Shown: positions 63,342 to 64,000 of the stretch, in pieces
Layout: each line of letters begins with the position of its first letter
Numbering within the stretch: the first letter of the stretch is position 1
Assembly: GCF_018350175.1 (NCBI RefSeq)
Contig: NC_058368.1
Coordinates: 62,436,001 to 62,500,000 of the forward strand
From: Felis catus
Taxonomy: Eukaryota
Direction of reading: 5' to 3'
Length of the DNA: 64,000 nucleotides
Program-made: the position numbers and the translations under genes
The notes under the pieces: generated by a model
The model's input: the letters and a program-made list of their open reading frames with translations, nothing else
Told to the model about the DNA's origin: nothing
Databases searched by the model: none

Positions 63342-63507
63342 TGGGTGCCTGGGTGGCTCAGTCAGTTAAGCATCCTATTTCAACTCAGGTCACGATCTCA
63401 CAGTTTGTGGTTTTGAGCCCCACATAGGGCTCTGTGCTGACAGCTCAGAGCCTGGAACCTCTTCAGATTCTGTGTCTCCCTCTGTCTCTGTCCCTACCCT
63501 GCTCGTG

Positions 63508-63543
<36 letters not shown>

Positions 63544-63579
63544 AATAGATAAACACTAATTTTTTTTTTAATTAAAAAG
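63342..63579 (+). mobile_element. Can-SINE
   Basis: 16-bp TSD aaagatg(t/c)catgggtg at 63326-63341 and 63580-63595. Confidence 0.95.
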
Positions 63580-64000
63580 AAAGATGCCATGGGTGAAAAC
63601 TTCCCAAATTCTTAGGAGAGGATTTGTAGATAGATATTGAAAAATAAAATTGAACATACAAATAGACCTGAACAAGGCCATACTAGGCACCTCATAGTCA
63701 AAGTGTTTAAAGTCAGAGATAAAAAGAAAATTGTGATAGCAGCAAAAGGAAAATGATATATAGAACACAATGGAACAGCAGTCCAATTAATGAGTCAATC
63801 AAAAATGATGGAGACAAGAGAGAGTGGACATTTTTAAACTGATGAAGGAAAAAAGATATCAATTCCAAATTGTAATTTCAGTGATAATATAATTCATGAC
63901 TGAGAGTAAAATAAAGACATTTTTGATAGAAATAAAACAAAAAGAATCTGTGACCAGAACAACTGAACTAAGAGAAAGCTCAACAAAATTGTTTCAGCTG

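Larger units (their letters stand above)
62590..64000 (+). mobile_element. Ancient L1ME-like ORF1 region interrupted by three Can-SINEs
   Basis: atggaaactctagaagtgagaaatagaatttctgaaattaaaa...gaaaacttcccaaatt...ctaggcacctcatagtcaaagtg...gagagtaaaataaagacattttt. Confidence 0.75.

Overview
AT-rich, repeat-dense mammalian non-coding DNA from a felid, probably domestic cat or a close relative. It carries about 27 tRNA-derived Can-SINEs, including young CpG-rich SINEC_Fc-type copies with perfect target-site duplications (TSDs), plus carnivore and ancient L1 fragments, L2/MIR relics, several LTRs (MLT2, MER34-like, ERV1 solo LTR, MaLR, MER70, LTR16) and two DNA transposons (MER20, MER44/Tigger7). 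I can support no intact protein-coding gene, RNA gene or CRISPR array. The only host-gene-derived sequence is a 5'-truncated, frameshifted processed pseudogene of EIF3F (13506-13994). I see no new biological system. The notable signals are structural: a twin-primed 5'-inverted L1 with readable junctions, a short L1 3' end fused to a 133-bp copy of nearby unique DNA, an ERV1 relic in which about 90 bp of apparent flank precedes both LTRs, a very recent ~214-bp tandem duplication around a TA microsatellite, and an end-less L1 fragment sitting between two ends of older antisense L1 sequence. Repeat family names come from recalled consensus sequences, not from a search, so subfamily calls and boundaries without TSDs are approximate.
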